From assembly GCF_009914755.1 (NCBI RefSeq), contig NC_060946.1: a DNA stretch of 64,000 nucleotides; one strand, 5' to 3'. The translations under genes and the position numbers were made by a program. Below, in pieces: positions 46,601 to 56,777 of the stretch. Position 1 is the first letter of the stretch. Each line of letters opens with the position of its first letter. Under the pieces are notes generated by a model. It was not told where the DNA came from and did no database searches. It saw only the letters and a list, made by a program, of their open reading frames with translations. The DNA is from the human T2T-CHM13v2.0 reference genome, Homo sapiens.

Positions 46601-46903
46601 TACAATGGATTGCGAATTAAAATTGAATGTGCACAACCACAGGTATACTAAAAGCCACTCAATTCATGACCTTTAATGGGGGAATCTTACGTGGCGTAGT
46701 CTCATGGAGACCACGGCAGACATAGTGAGAGAGAAAAAGGTGAGTAAATATCTGAAACGGAGGCAGAAACAGAGAGAATGAAAAGCCCTGTGAATGGAAG
46801 GGAGAGCGAAAAGGGAAAATGGTCCTATTTACAAATGACAGATGTGAAACTGGGGTTCACATCAACAGTGTCACTGCCAGGAAGGAGGGTCATGCTAGCC
46901 ATG

Positions 46904-49900
46904 TCACCGGTAGTGTGGCCCGCAGGGACGCCGACCTGCTGGAGCGTCGTGCCAGCATGGGCTGTGGCAACCACGTGGGCCAGCAGGAGGTTCCCGCTGC
47001 ACAGCTGTGGGGTGAGGATAGACTGGGTGGTGATATCGGCCATTACAGGGGCCTCTTCTGCTGGCAAGAGTGTGACAGTAGCAAGTAGATGGACAGGCCT
47101 GCGTGTGAGGACGGAATGCAGGAGGGGTTCTTGTGCGCCTGGGTGTGGGGCCCTCACGGGAACCGTGGAGAAATGGCCAGGTAACTGCGTCATGTGGGCT
47201 AGTAGATTGGCCAGGGCTTCGAACTGAAGGACGATAATGGGGAGTAGCTGTCAGGCCCTGGGAGTGCCTGAGTGTAAGTGGAGATGGGTTTGGGGTCACT
47301 GAGGGATGCGTGGGAGCCATCCCTGTATAGGTACAGGTCATAGGTAGATAGTCTCGTGAGGCCTGTGAGTGTCTAGGGTTGTCCTGGGTGCCTGGGGCTG
47401 ACTGTGGCAGAAATCTGGGGAAGGCTGGAGAGAAGCTGGGAGACCCAGGAGAGTCCCTGAAGGCAGGGGGTGAAGAGGTGAAAGAAATGGGGGAGGGTTG
47501 CAGTAAGGTCCGTGAGTTTGTAGGTGATTCCTGGGTGCGGGAAGCTGACTCCAGGTGAAATCTGGAGATGGTTGGAGAGTAGCTGAGAGAGACAGAAGAG
47601 TCCCTGAGGGCTGGGGGTGAGAACATGAGGGAGACGGGGGAGTAAGTCAGTGAAATTCGTGAGTTCGGTGGTGTATCGTGGGTGCCTGGAACTGACTCCA
47701 GCTGGAATCTAGAGAAGTTTTGAGAGTAGCTGAAGGAGACACAAGAGTCCCTGTGGGCTGAGGGCAAAGACCTGAGACAGACCAGGGAGGACCTCAGTGA
47801 AGTCTGTGAGTCTGTAGGTGATTCCGGAGTGTGGGAGGCTGACTCCCGCTGAAATCTGGGCGTGGTGGGAGAGTAGCTGGGACAGACAGGAGAGTCCCAG
47901 GGGGCTGGGGGTGACGACGTGAGAGAGACTGGGGAGTAACTCAGTGAAATTGCTGAGTTGGTTGGTGATACCTGGGTGCCTGGAACTGACCCCCGCTGAA
48001 ATCTGGGCATGGTTGGAGAGTAGCTGGGACACACAGGAGAGTCCCTGAGGGCTGGGGGTGAAGACATGAGCGAGACCGGGGAGTAACTGAGTGAAACTGG
48101 TGAGTTTGGTGGTGACTCCGGGGTGCCTGGAACTGACTCCAGCTGAAATGTGGGCGTGGTTGGAGAGTAGCTGGGACAGACAGGAGAGTCCCTGAGGACT
48201 GGTGAAGACATGAGAGAGACTGGAGAGTAATTGAGTGAAATTGGTGAGTTTGGTGGTGATTCCTGGGTGCCTGGAACTGACTCCCGCTGAAGTGTGGGCG
48301 TGGTTGGAGAGTAGCTGGGACACACAGGAGAGTCCCTGAGGGTTGGAGATAAAGACGTGCTAGAGACTGAGGAGTAACTGAGTGAAATTGGTGAGTTTGG
48401 TGGTGATTCCGGGGTGCCTGGAACGGACTCCAGCTGAAATGTGGGCGTGGTTGGAGAGTAGCTGGGACAGACGGGAGAGTCCCTGAGGAATGGTGAAGAC
48501 ATGAGAGAGACTGGGGAGTAACGCAGTGAAATTGGTGAGTTTGGTGGTGATTTCTGGGTGCCTGCAACGGACTCCCGCTGAAGTGTGGGCGTGCTTGGAG
48601 AGTAGCTGGGACAGACAGGCGAGTCCCTGAGGGTTGGAGATAAAGACGTGCTAGAGACTGAGGAGTAACTGAGTGAAATTGGTGAGTTTGGTGGTGATTC
48701 CGGGGTGCCTGGAACGGACTCCAGCTGAAATGTGGGCGTGGTTGGAGAGTAGCTGGGACAGACGGGAGAGTCCCTGAGGGATGGTGAAGACATGAGAGAG
48801 ACTGGGGAGTAACGCAGTGAAATTGGTGAGTTTGGTGGTGATTTCTGGGTGCCTGCAACAGACTCCCGCTGAAGTGTGGGCGTGCTTGGAGAGTAGCTGG
48901 GACAGACAGGCGAGTCCCTGAGGGTTGGAGATAAAGACGTGCTGGAGACTGGGGAGTAACTCAGTGAAAGTGGTGGGCTTGGTGGTGATCCCAGGGTTCC
49001 TGGAACTGACCCGCGCTGAAATGTGGGCGTGGTTGGAGAGTAGCTGGGACAGACTGGAGGGTCCGTAAGGGCTGGGGGTGAAGACGTGAGAGAGACTGGC
49101 GAGGATCTCACTGAGGTCTGTGAGTTTGTAGGTGTTTCTGGGGTGTGGGGTACAGACTCCCGCTGAAATCTGGGCGTAGTTGGAGAGTAGCTGGGACAGA
49201 CAGGAGAGTCATGGGTGGCTGGGGGTGAGCTGCTGGATGATGGCAGTAAGAACATATGGTACATTATTGATGAATGAGGTGACTGTGAAGAATCTCCAGA
49301 GGAGGACACGGGAGAACACAATGACATGAGTGACTGTCCTGCTTGGTTAGGAAAGGGAAACGTAAAGTTGTGGAATTCTGTTGATGATGGATGTGAGAGT
49401 GGTGAAGCCCTGCGGGATGATGTAGAGGACTTCCACATCCCTGGTGAGGAGCTGCCCCTTGGGTCTGAGTTTCTGGGAGGGGAGAGGGAGAAGCTGGGTG
49501 AGGCAGGCATGAATCTTGAGGAGTCAGGGCTGGGGGACCGCTCATATTCTCCCGAGACCTGTGAGTCTCTGGGGGACTCCTGGGTGCATGGGGCTGACTC
49601 CCGCAGGAACCTGGGGTTGGCTGGAGAGTAACTGGGAGCCACAGGAGGGTCCCTGAGGCCTGGGGGTGAAGAGATGCAAGACACAGGGGTGGAGCAGCGT
49701 GAGGCTCGTGAGTTTGTAGGTGATTCCTGGGTGTGGGGGGCTGACTCCAGCTGAAATCTGGGGTTGTTTGGAGAGTAGCTGGGAGACACAGGAGAACCCC
49801 CGAGAGCTGGGGGTGAGCTGCTGGGTGATGGCAGTAAGAACATGTGGTATATTATTGATGAACGTGGGGACTCTGAGGAGTCCTCAGAGGAGGACACAGC

Positions 49901-50176
49901 AGAGCCCAATGGCTTCATTGATTGCCCATCACGGTGAGGACAGGGAAATGGGAGCTTGTGGGATTCTGGTGATGACAGAGGTGAGTGTGGTGAAGCCCTA
50001 GGGGATGGTGAATGGTAGTTCCGGATCCCTGGTGAGGAGCTTCCCCTTAAGCCGGAGTTTCTGAGAGGGGAGAGGGAGAAGCTGGGTGAGGCTCGCATGG
50101 ACCTTGGGGTGTCCGTGCTGGGGGACCGTTCATAAGAAGAGCCAGACAAGACCCTACTGTTCTTAGGTGCAGACAT
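46904..50176 (-). CDS. Ser/Pro-rich CTD-like repeat protein, copy 8 (1090 aa)
   Basis: Intact ORF. Confidence 0.7.
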   Translation of the reverse strand: MSAPKNSRVLSGSSYERSPSTDTPRSMRASPSFSLSPLRNSGLRGSSSPGIRNYHSPSPRASPHSPLSSPESHKLPFPCPHRDGQSMKPLGSAVSSSEDSSESPRSSIIYHMFLLPSPSSSPPALGGSPVSPSYSPNNPRFQLESAPHTQESPTNSRASRCSTPVSCISSPPGLRDPPVAPSYSPANPRFLRESAPCTQESPRDSQVSGEYERSPSPDSSRFMPASPSFSLSPPRNSDPRGSSSPGMWKSSTSSRRASPLSHPSSTEFHNFTFPFPNQAGQSLMSLCSPVSSSGDSSQSPHSSIMYHMFLLPSSSSSPPATHDSPVCPSYSPTTPRFQRESVPHTPETPTNSQTSVRSSPVSLTSSPPALTDPPVCPSYSPTTPTFQRGSVPGTLGSPPSPPLSLSYSPVSSTSLSPTLRDSPVCPSYSPSTPTLQRESVAGTQKSPPNSPISLRYSPVSLMSSPSLRDSPVCPSYSPTTPTFQLESVPGTPESPPNSPISLSYSSVSSTSLSPTLRDSPVCPSYSPSTPTLQRESVAGTQKSPPNSPISLRYSPVSLMSSPFLRDSPVCPSYSPTTPTFQLESVPGTPESPPNSPISLSYSSVSSTSLSPTLRDSPVCPSYSPTTPTLQRESVPGTQESPPNSPISLNYSPVSLMSSPVLRDSPVCPSYSPTTPTFQLESVPGTPESPPNSPVSLSYSPVSLMSSPPALRDSPVCPSYSPTMPRFQRGSVPGTQVSPTNSAISLSYSPVSLTSSPPAPWDSPVCPSYSPTTPRFQRESASHTPESPTDSQTSLRSSLVCLRSLPSAHRDSCVSFSYSQNFSRFQLESVPGTHDTPPNSRISLTYSPVSLMFSPPALRDSSVSLSYSPTISRFHLESASRTQESPTNSRTLLQPSPISFTSSPPAFRDSPGSPSFSPAFPRFLPQSAPGTQDNPRHSQASRDYLPMTCTYTGMAPTHPSVTPNPSPLTLRHSQGLTATPHYRPSVRSPGQSTSPHDAVTWPFLHGSREGPTPRRTRTPPAFRPHTQACPSTCYCHTLASRRGPCNGRYHHPVYPHPTAVQREPPAGPRGCHSPCWHDAPAGRRPCGPHYR

Positions 50177-50251
50177 GATTAGGAAACCTGCAGCTCCCAG
50201 GGGCCCCCACTAATGTTCTAACTCGCAGAAGGAAGGAGTGTGTGTGCGTGT

Positions 50252-50283
<32 letters not shown>

Positions 50284-53200
50284 TTGTGTGTGTGCGGTGT
50301 GAGGTATGGGCCCCTTAAGGAAATGGAAATCAACCAACCAATGGGACAGACAGACAGACAGACAGACAGAGATTCACTTGCCCAAGTGTTCTGTCCTGTC
50401 CTCTGAATCCGCTTTCAAGTCGCAAGACGCTGTGAGCTCCAAGTCCACGCAGAGTCCGCCAAACGCTCCGGCCGCTGATCCGCTCCGCGAAGATCTGAGT
50501 ACAGGCCAGCCAGGGTGGGTTTAAATAGCCTCGGGCGCAGCCTAGCAGCGGAAAGGGCGGAGCTTCACTCCTCCTTTCCATCAGTCACCCCCAACTTTCC
50601 CAGGCTACACCTCGTAGGAAACTGTTCTCCTGCTTTGATTTCATGCGCCACCTTTGGGACAATCTAAGAACTTACAGGTTTTCTTGGCCAGATTTATTAG
50701 GAATTGTATGCACTGAAACACTGAAAACCAACTAGTGGTTCTGTGCTTCCCACGTTGTGGTTTTGACACCAGCAGCATCCTTGCCACAATCAAACCCCGG
50801 AGATCCGCAGATCTGTGTTGTAACAAGACCTCCCCCTGACCCTGAAGCATGGCAGTTGAAGAAGTCTTTCCGTGTAAGCGAAAAGACTTTGAAGAAAAGG
50901 TGGAGATATGCGTTGTATAAACATTCTTTGGCTCTGGAACCACGTAGAGACTTGGGAGCCAGTTGGGTGGAGCATTCGTTGGATGAGGGTGCTCGGGTTA
51001 GGAATATCAAGGTGTTTCTCCAGATAATCCAATCATCTAATTAAGATTCCAGTTATGCTCATCTGTTTTAAAATTCCGTTTGGGTAAATTCTTTTAGTCA
51101 GACTGAGAATGGCAAAGCCTCAACCCCAATTTCCAGGGAGGGTGGAGAGCCTCAGGTGGAGTTGATCACCAATAGCCTATGGTTTAACCCATCATGCCTA
51201 TAGAATGAGGTCTCCATCAAAACCCAAAAGGACTGGGTTCAGAGAGCTTCTGGATAACACTTCCTGGAAGGTAGTGCACCCCTCCCCGCATGCCGGGCCC
51301 CACATTTATTTCTGAACCTTGTGCAATGTCCGCTAAAATACAACGGCAAATGTAAGTGTTTCCCTGCGTGCTGTGAGCTCTTCCAGCAAATGAATGCAAC
51401 TAAATCTGGGAGTGGTGGCAACCTGATTTATAGCCAGTTGCTGAGAAGCACAGGTAAAACAACGTAGGGCTTCCCATTGTTATTGGTGTGGGAGGCCTGT
51501 CTGGCGGGACTCGGCCCTTTGGAATCTAATGCTATGTCCCGGTAGATAGCGTCACCATTGAATTAGAAGACACACATATGTGGAGAATAATCTTTCTGGT
51601 CATTTACTGCATGTCATATTTACAATATGTAATCAAATTCTTTATCCTGACCTTATGGCACCTGGGTTTAGGACCATGATTTGAACCAAACGTTGGTCTG
51701 TCACTTTCTGAGTTTGAAACTTTATTTTGCCTTTAGCGTTTTGCTATTGCTTTTTCGTTTTCTTTTGTTTCGTTTCGTTTCTAAGTTCTGGGGTATATGT
51801 GCAGGATGTGCAGATTTGTTACTAAGGTAAACGTGTGCCATGGTGGTTTGCTGCACCTGTCAACCCGTCACCTAGGTATTAAGCCCAGCATGCAGTAGCT
51901 GTTTTTCTTAACGCTCTGCCTCCCGAAAGGCCCCAGTGTGTGTTGTTCCCCTTCCTGTGTCCATGGGATCTCACTTTTCAGCTCCCATTATAAGTGAGAA
52001 GGTGGCGTTTGGTTTTCTTTCCCTGGATTAGTTTGCTGACGATAATGACCACACATCACCACTGTTTTTGTTTTTTAGTATAAAGAGTAGTATTTTATTG
52101 AATAAGATTTGCTCACAGAAAAATAAGCTTAAATCTACAATGAATGCCAGACCCTACAGCAGAAAGCAATTTTCTCACTTTTCCACACACAATGGTTCCT
52201 ACTAAGTGAAAAAAAAGCCATAAAATTTCATTCACAAATGTACTACTCTGTCTCAAAACATCTCACGTAATCATGCACTGTACTAAAGCCATCAGATCAG
52301 TTCTTCAGTCAGGTTAAAGAAGTATCCCTCTAATAACTGACTTTTATAATGCTATCAATATCCACTCCCAATCAGTCTGCCATTGTTAATGGTGTACAGC
52401 ATTACTGAATACAACGGAATTGATGACGCCCATATCCACAGACAAACCGTGACTTATGATGGTTTGATTTATGATTTTTCAACGTTATGATGGGTTTATT
52501 GGAATATTAGATTCGTTTCTGAGTTACACTGGGTTTATGAGTATGCGACCCTACACTCCAGAAACAACTGTATAAGGAAAAACAGGTGTACCTAATAAAA
52601 ATATGCTTAGTGACTTGGGATAAACCAATAGATGTTCACAAGTGATGGAGAGCCGTGAAAGAGAGATAGCGGTAAATAGTTACAATAACACAATTTTCCT
52701 GCACCTGTCGAGGATTTCCCCCAAAAAACGCAGAATGTGGGATGCACCTAAGGCATATGAAAGAGAGAGGGCAGAAGGAGTAAGAGAGAAATAGGAGGAA
52801 GGAAGGAAGGAAGCAAGGAAGAAAGGAAGGAAGGAAAGAAGGAAGGAAGGACGGAAGGAAGGAAGGAAGGAAGGAAGGAAGGAAGGAAAGAAGGATGAAA
52901 GGAAGGAGAAAACACCGGTGTTACTAAAACCCCCCAAAAAATGGTTTCCCCCTGTGGGTAAGCCTACAATGTGGATGAATCTTGAAAATATTGTGCTACG
53001 TGTTATGTCAGTCATAGCAGCTCACCTATTGTGCAATTCCGTTTATAGGAAATGTCCACAATATGGAAATCTATGCATATGGGATTGATCGCACTAGGTA
53101 GTTGCTACCTAGGGCTGAGGGTCAGGGAGAGGGTTTGAGACAGAATGAGGAGTGACTAATGTCTACAGGGTCTTTCTCTGGTCGGGGGTGATAAGACGTT

Positions 53201-53504
53201 TTACAATGGATTGCGAATTAAAATTGAATGTGCACAACCACAGGTATACTAAAAGCCACTCAATTCATGACCTTTAATGGGGGAATCTTACGTGGCGTAG
53301 TCTCATGGAGACCACGGCAGACATAGTGAGAGAGAAAAAGGTGAGTAAATATCTGAAACGGAGGCAGAAACAGAGAGAATGAAAAGCCCTGTGAATGGAA
53401 GGGAGAGCGAAAAGGGAAAATGGTCCTATTTACAAATGACAGATGTGAAACTGGGGTTCACATCAACAGTGTCACTGCCAGGAAGGAGGGTCATGCTAGC
53501 CATG

Positions 53505-56500
53505 TCACCGGTAGTGTGGCCCGCAGGGACGCCGACCTGCTGGAGCGTCGTGCCAGCATGGGCTGTGGCAACCACGTGGGCCAGCAGGAGGTTCCCGCTG
53601 CACAGCTGTGGGGTGAGGATAGACTGGGTGGTGATATCGGCCATTACAGGGGCCTCTTCTGCTGGCAAGAGTGTGACAGTAGCAAGTAGATGGACAGGCC
53701 TGCGTGTGAGGACGGAATGCAGGAGGGGTTCTTGTGCGCCTGGGTGTGGGGCCCTCACGGGAACCGTGGAGAAATGGCCAGGTAACTGCGTCATGTGGGC
53801 TAGTAGATTGGCCAGGGCTTCGAACTGAAGGACGATAATGGGGAGTAGCTGTCAGGCCCTGGGAGTGCCTGAGTGTAAGTGGAGATGGGTTTGGGGTCAC
53901 TGAGGGATGCGTGGGAGCCATCCCTGTATAGGTACAGGTCATAGGTAGATAGTCTCGTGAGGCCTGTGAGTGTCTAGGGTTGTCCTGGGTGCCTGGGGCT
54001 GACTGTGGCAGAAATCTGGGGAAGGCTGGAGAGAAGCTGGGAGACCCAGGAGAGTCCCTGAAGGCAGGGGGTGAAGAGGTGAAAGAAATGGGGGAGGGTT
54101 GCAGTAAGGTCCGTGAGTTTGTAGGTGATTCCTGGGTGCGGGAAGCTGACTCCAGGTGAAATCTGGAGATGGTTGGAGAGTAGCTGAGAGAGACAGAAGA
54201 GTCCCTGAGGGCTGGGGGTGAGAACATGAGGGAGACGGGGGAGTAAGTCAGTGAAATTCGTGAGTTCGGTGGTGTATCGTGGGTGCCTGGAACTGACTCC
54301 AGCTGGAATCTAGAGAAGTTTTGAGAGTAGCTGAAGGAGACACAAGAGTCCCTGTGGGCTGAGGGCAAAGACCTGAGACAGACCAGGGAGGACCTCAGTG
54401 AAGTCTGTGAGTCTGTAGGTGATTCCGGAGTGTGGGAGGCTGACTCCCGCTGAAATCTGGGCGTGGTGGGAGAGTAGCTGGGACAGACAGGAGAGTCCCA
54501 GGGGGCTGGGGGTGAAGACGTGAGAGAGACTGGGGAGTAACTCAGTGAAATTGCTGAGTTGGTTGGTGATACCTGGGTGCCTGGAACTGACCCCCGCTGA
54601 AATCTGGGCATGGTTGGAGAGTAGCTGGGACACACAGGAGAGTCCCTGAGGGCTGGGGGTGAAGACATGAGCGAGACCGGGGAGTAACTGAGTGAAACTG
54701 GTGAGTTTGGTGGTGACTCCGGGGTGCCTGGAACTGACTCCAGCTGAAATGTGGGCGTGGTTGGAGAGTAGCTGGGACAGACAGGAGAGTCCCTGAGGAC
54801 TGGTGAAGACATGAGAGAGACTGGAGAGTAATTGAGTGAAATTGGTGAGTTTGGTGGTGATTTCTCGGTGCCTGCAACGGACTCCCGCTGAAGTGTGGGC
54901 GTGCTTGGAGAGTAGCTGGGACAGACAGGCGAGTCCCTGAGGGTTGGAGATAAAGACGTGCTAGAGACTGAGGAGTAACTGAATGAAATTGGTGAGTTTG
55001 GTGGTGATTCCGGGGTGCCTGGAACGGACTCCAGCTGAAATGTGGGCGTGGTTGGAGAGTAGCTGGGACAGACGGGAGAGTCCCTGAGGGATGGTGAAGA
55101 CATGAGAGAGACTGGGGAGTAACGCAGTGAAATTGGTGAGTTTGGTGGTGATTTCTGGGTGCCTGCAACGGACTCCCGCTGAAGTGTGGGCGTGCTTGGA
55201 GAGTAGCTGGGACAGACAGGCGAGTCCCTGAGGGTTGGAGATAAAGACGTGCTAGAGACTGAGGAGTAACTGAGTGAAATTGGTGAGTTTGGTGGTGATT
55301 CCGGGGTGCCTGGAACGGACTCCAGCTGAAATGTGGGCGTGGTTGGAGAGTAGCTGGGACAGACGGGAGAGTCCCTGAGGGATGGTGAAGACATGAGAGA
55401 GACTGGGGAGTAACGCAGTGAAATTGGTGAGTTTGGTGGTGATTTCTGGGTGCCTGCAACGGACTCCCGCTGAAGTGTGGGCGTGCTTGGAGAGTAGCTG
55501 GGGCAGACAGGCGAGTCCCTGAGGGTTGGAGATAAAGACGTGCTGGAGACTGGGGAGTAACTCAGTGAAAGTGGTGGGCTTGGTGGTGATCCCAGGGTTC
55601 CTGGAACTGACCCGCGCTGAAATGTGGGCGTGGTTGGAGAGTAGCTGGGACAGACTGGAGGGTCCGTAAGGGCTGGGGGTGAAGACGTGAGAGAGACTGG
55701 CGAGGATCTCACTGAGGTCTGTGAGTTTGTAGGTGTTTCTGGGGTGTGGGGTACAGACTCCCGCTGAAATCTGGGCGTAGTTGGAGAGTAGCTGGGACAG
55801 ACAGGAGAGTCATGGGTGGCTGGGGGTGAGCTGCTGGATGATGGCAGTAAGAACATATGGTACATTATTGATGAATGAGGTGACTGTGAAGAATCTCCAG
55901 AGGAGGACACGGGAGAACACAATGACATGAGTGACTGTCCTGCTTGGTTAGGAAAGGGAAACGTAAAGTTGTGGAATTCTGTTGATGATGGATGTGAGAG
56001 TGGTGAAGCCCTGCGGGATGATGTAGAGGACTTCCACATCCCTGGTGAGGAGCTGCCCCTTGGGTCTGAGTTTCTGGGAGGGGAGAGGGAGAAGCTGGGT
56101 GAGGCAGGCATGAATCTTGAGGAGTCAGGGCTGGGGGACCGCTCATATTCTCCCGAGACCTGTGAGTCTCTGGGGGACTCCTGGGTGCATGGGGCTGACT
56201 CCCGCAGGAACCTGGGGATGGCTGGAGAGTAACTGGGAGCCACAGGAGTGTCCCTGAGGCCTGGGGGTGAAGAGATGCAAGACACAGGGGTGGAGCAGCG
56301 TGAGGCTCGTGAGTTTGTAGGTGATTCCTGGGTGTGGGGGCCTGACTCCAGCTGAAATCTGGGGTTGTTTGGAGAGTAGCTGGGAGACACAGGAGAACCC
56401 CCGAGAGCTGGGGGTGAGCTGCTGGGTGATGGCAGTAAGAACATGTGGTATATTATTGATGAACGAGGGGACTCTGAGGAGTCCTCAGAGGAGGACACGG

Positions 56501-56777
56501 CAGAGCCCAATGGCTTCATTGATTGCCCATCACGGTGAGGACAGGGAAATGGGAGCTTGTGGGATTCTGGTGATGACAGAGGTGAGTGTGGTGAAGCCCT
56601 AGGGGATGGTGAATGGTAGTTCCGGATCCCTGGTGAGGAGCTTCCCCTTAAGCCGGAGTTTCTGAGAGGGGAGAGGGAGAAGCTGGGTGAGGCTCGCATG
56701 GACCTTGGGGTGTCCGTGCTGGGGGACCGTTCATAAGAAGAGCCAGACAAGACCCTACTGTTCTTAGGTGCAGACAT
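53505..56777 (-). CDS. Ser/Pro-rich CTD-like repeat protein, copy 9 (1090 aa, divergent)
   Basis: Intact ORF with private changes (ESGPH, RDTPV, ISFSY, GTEKS) and one converted repeat. Confidence 0.7.
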   Translation of the reverse strand: MSAPKNSRVLSGSSYERSPSTDTPRSMRASPSFSLSPLRNSGLRGSSSPGIRNYHSPSPRASPHSPLSSPESHKLPFPCPHRDGQSMKPLGSAVSSSEDSSESPRSSIIYHMFLLPSPSSSPPALGGSPVSPSYSPNNPRFQLESGPHTQESPTNSRASRCSTPVSCISSPPGLRDTPVAPSYSPAIPRFLRESAPCTQESPRDSQVSGEYERSPSPDSSRFMPASPSFSLSPPRNSDPRGSSSPGMWKSSTSSRRASPLSHPSSTEFHNFTFPFPNQAGQSLMSLCSPVSSSGDSSQSPHSSIMYHMFLLPSSSSSPPATHDSPVCPSYSPTTPRFQRESVPHTPETPTNSQTSVRSSPVSLTSSPPALTDPPVCPSYSPTTPTFQRGSVPGTLGSPPSPPLSLSYSPVSSTSLSPTLRDSPVCPSYSPSTPTLQRESVAGTQKSPPNSPISLRYSPVSLMSSPSLRDSPVCPSYSPTTPTFQLESVPGTPESPPNSPISLSYSSVSSTSLSPTLRDSPVCPSYSPSTPTLQRESVAGTQKSPPNSPISLRYSPVSLMSSPSLRDSPVCPSYSPTTPTFQLESVPGTPESPPNSPISFSYSSVSSTSLSPTLRDSPVCPSYSPSTPTLQRESVAGTEKSPPNSPISLNYSPVSLMSSPVLRDSPVCPSYSPTTPTFQLESVPGTPESPPNSPVSLSYSPVSLMSSPPALRDSPVCPSYSPTMPRFQRGSVPGTQVSPTNSAISLSYSPVSLTSSPPAPWDSPVCPSYSPTTPRFQRESASHTPESPTDSQTSLRSSLVCLRSLPSAHRDSCVSFSYSQNFSRFQLESVPGTHDTPPNSRISLTYSPVSLMFSPPALRDSSVSLSYSPTISRFHLESASRTQESPTNSRTLLQPSPISFTSSPPAFRDSPGSPSFSPAFPRFLPQSAPGTQDNPRHSQASRDYLPMTCTYTGMAPTHPSVTPNPSPLTLRHSQGLTATPHYRPSVRSPGQSTSPHDAVTWPFLHGSREGPTPRRTRTPPAFRPHTQACPSTCYCHTLASRRGPCNGRYHHPVYPHPTAVQREPPAGPRGCHSPCWHDAPAGRRPCGPHYR

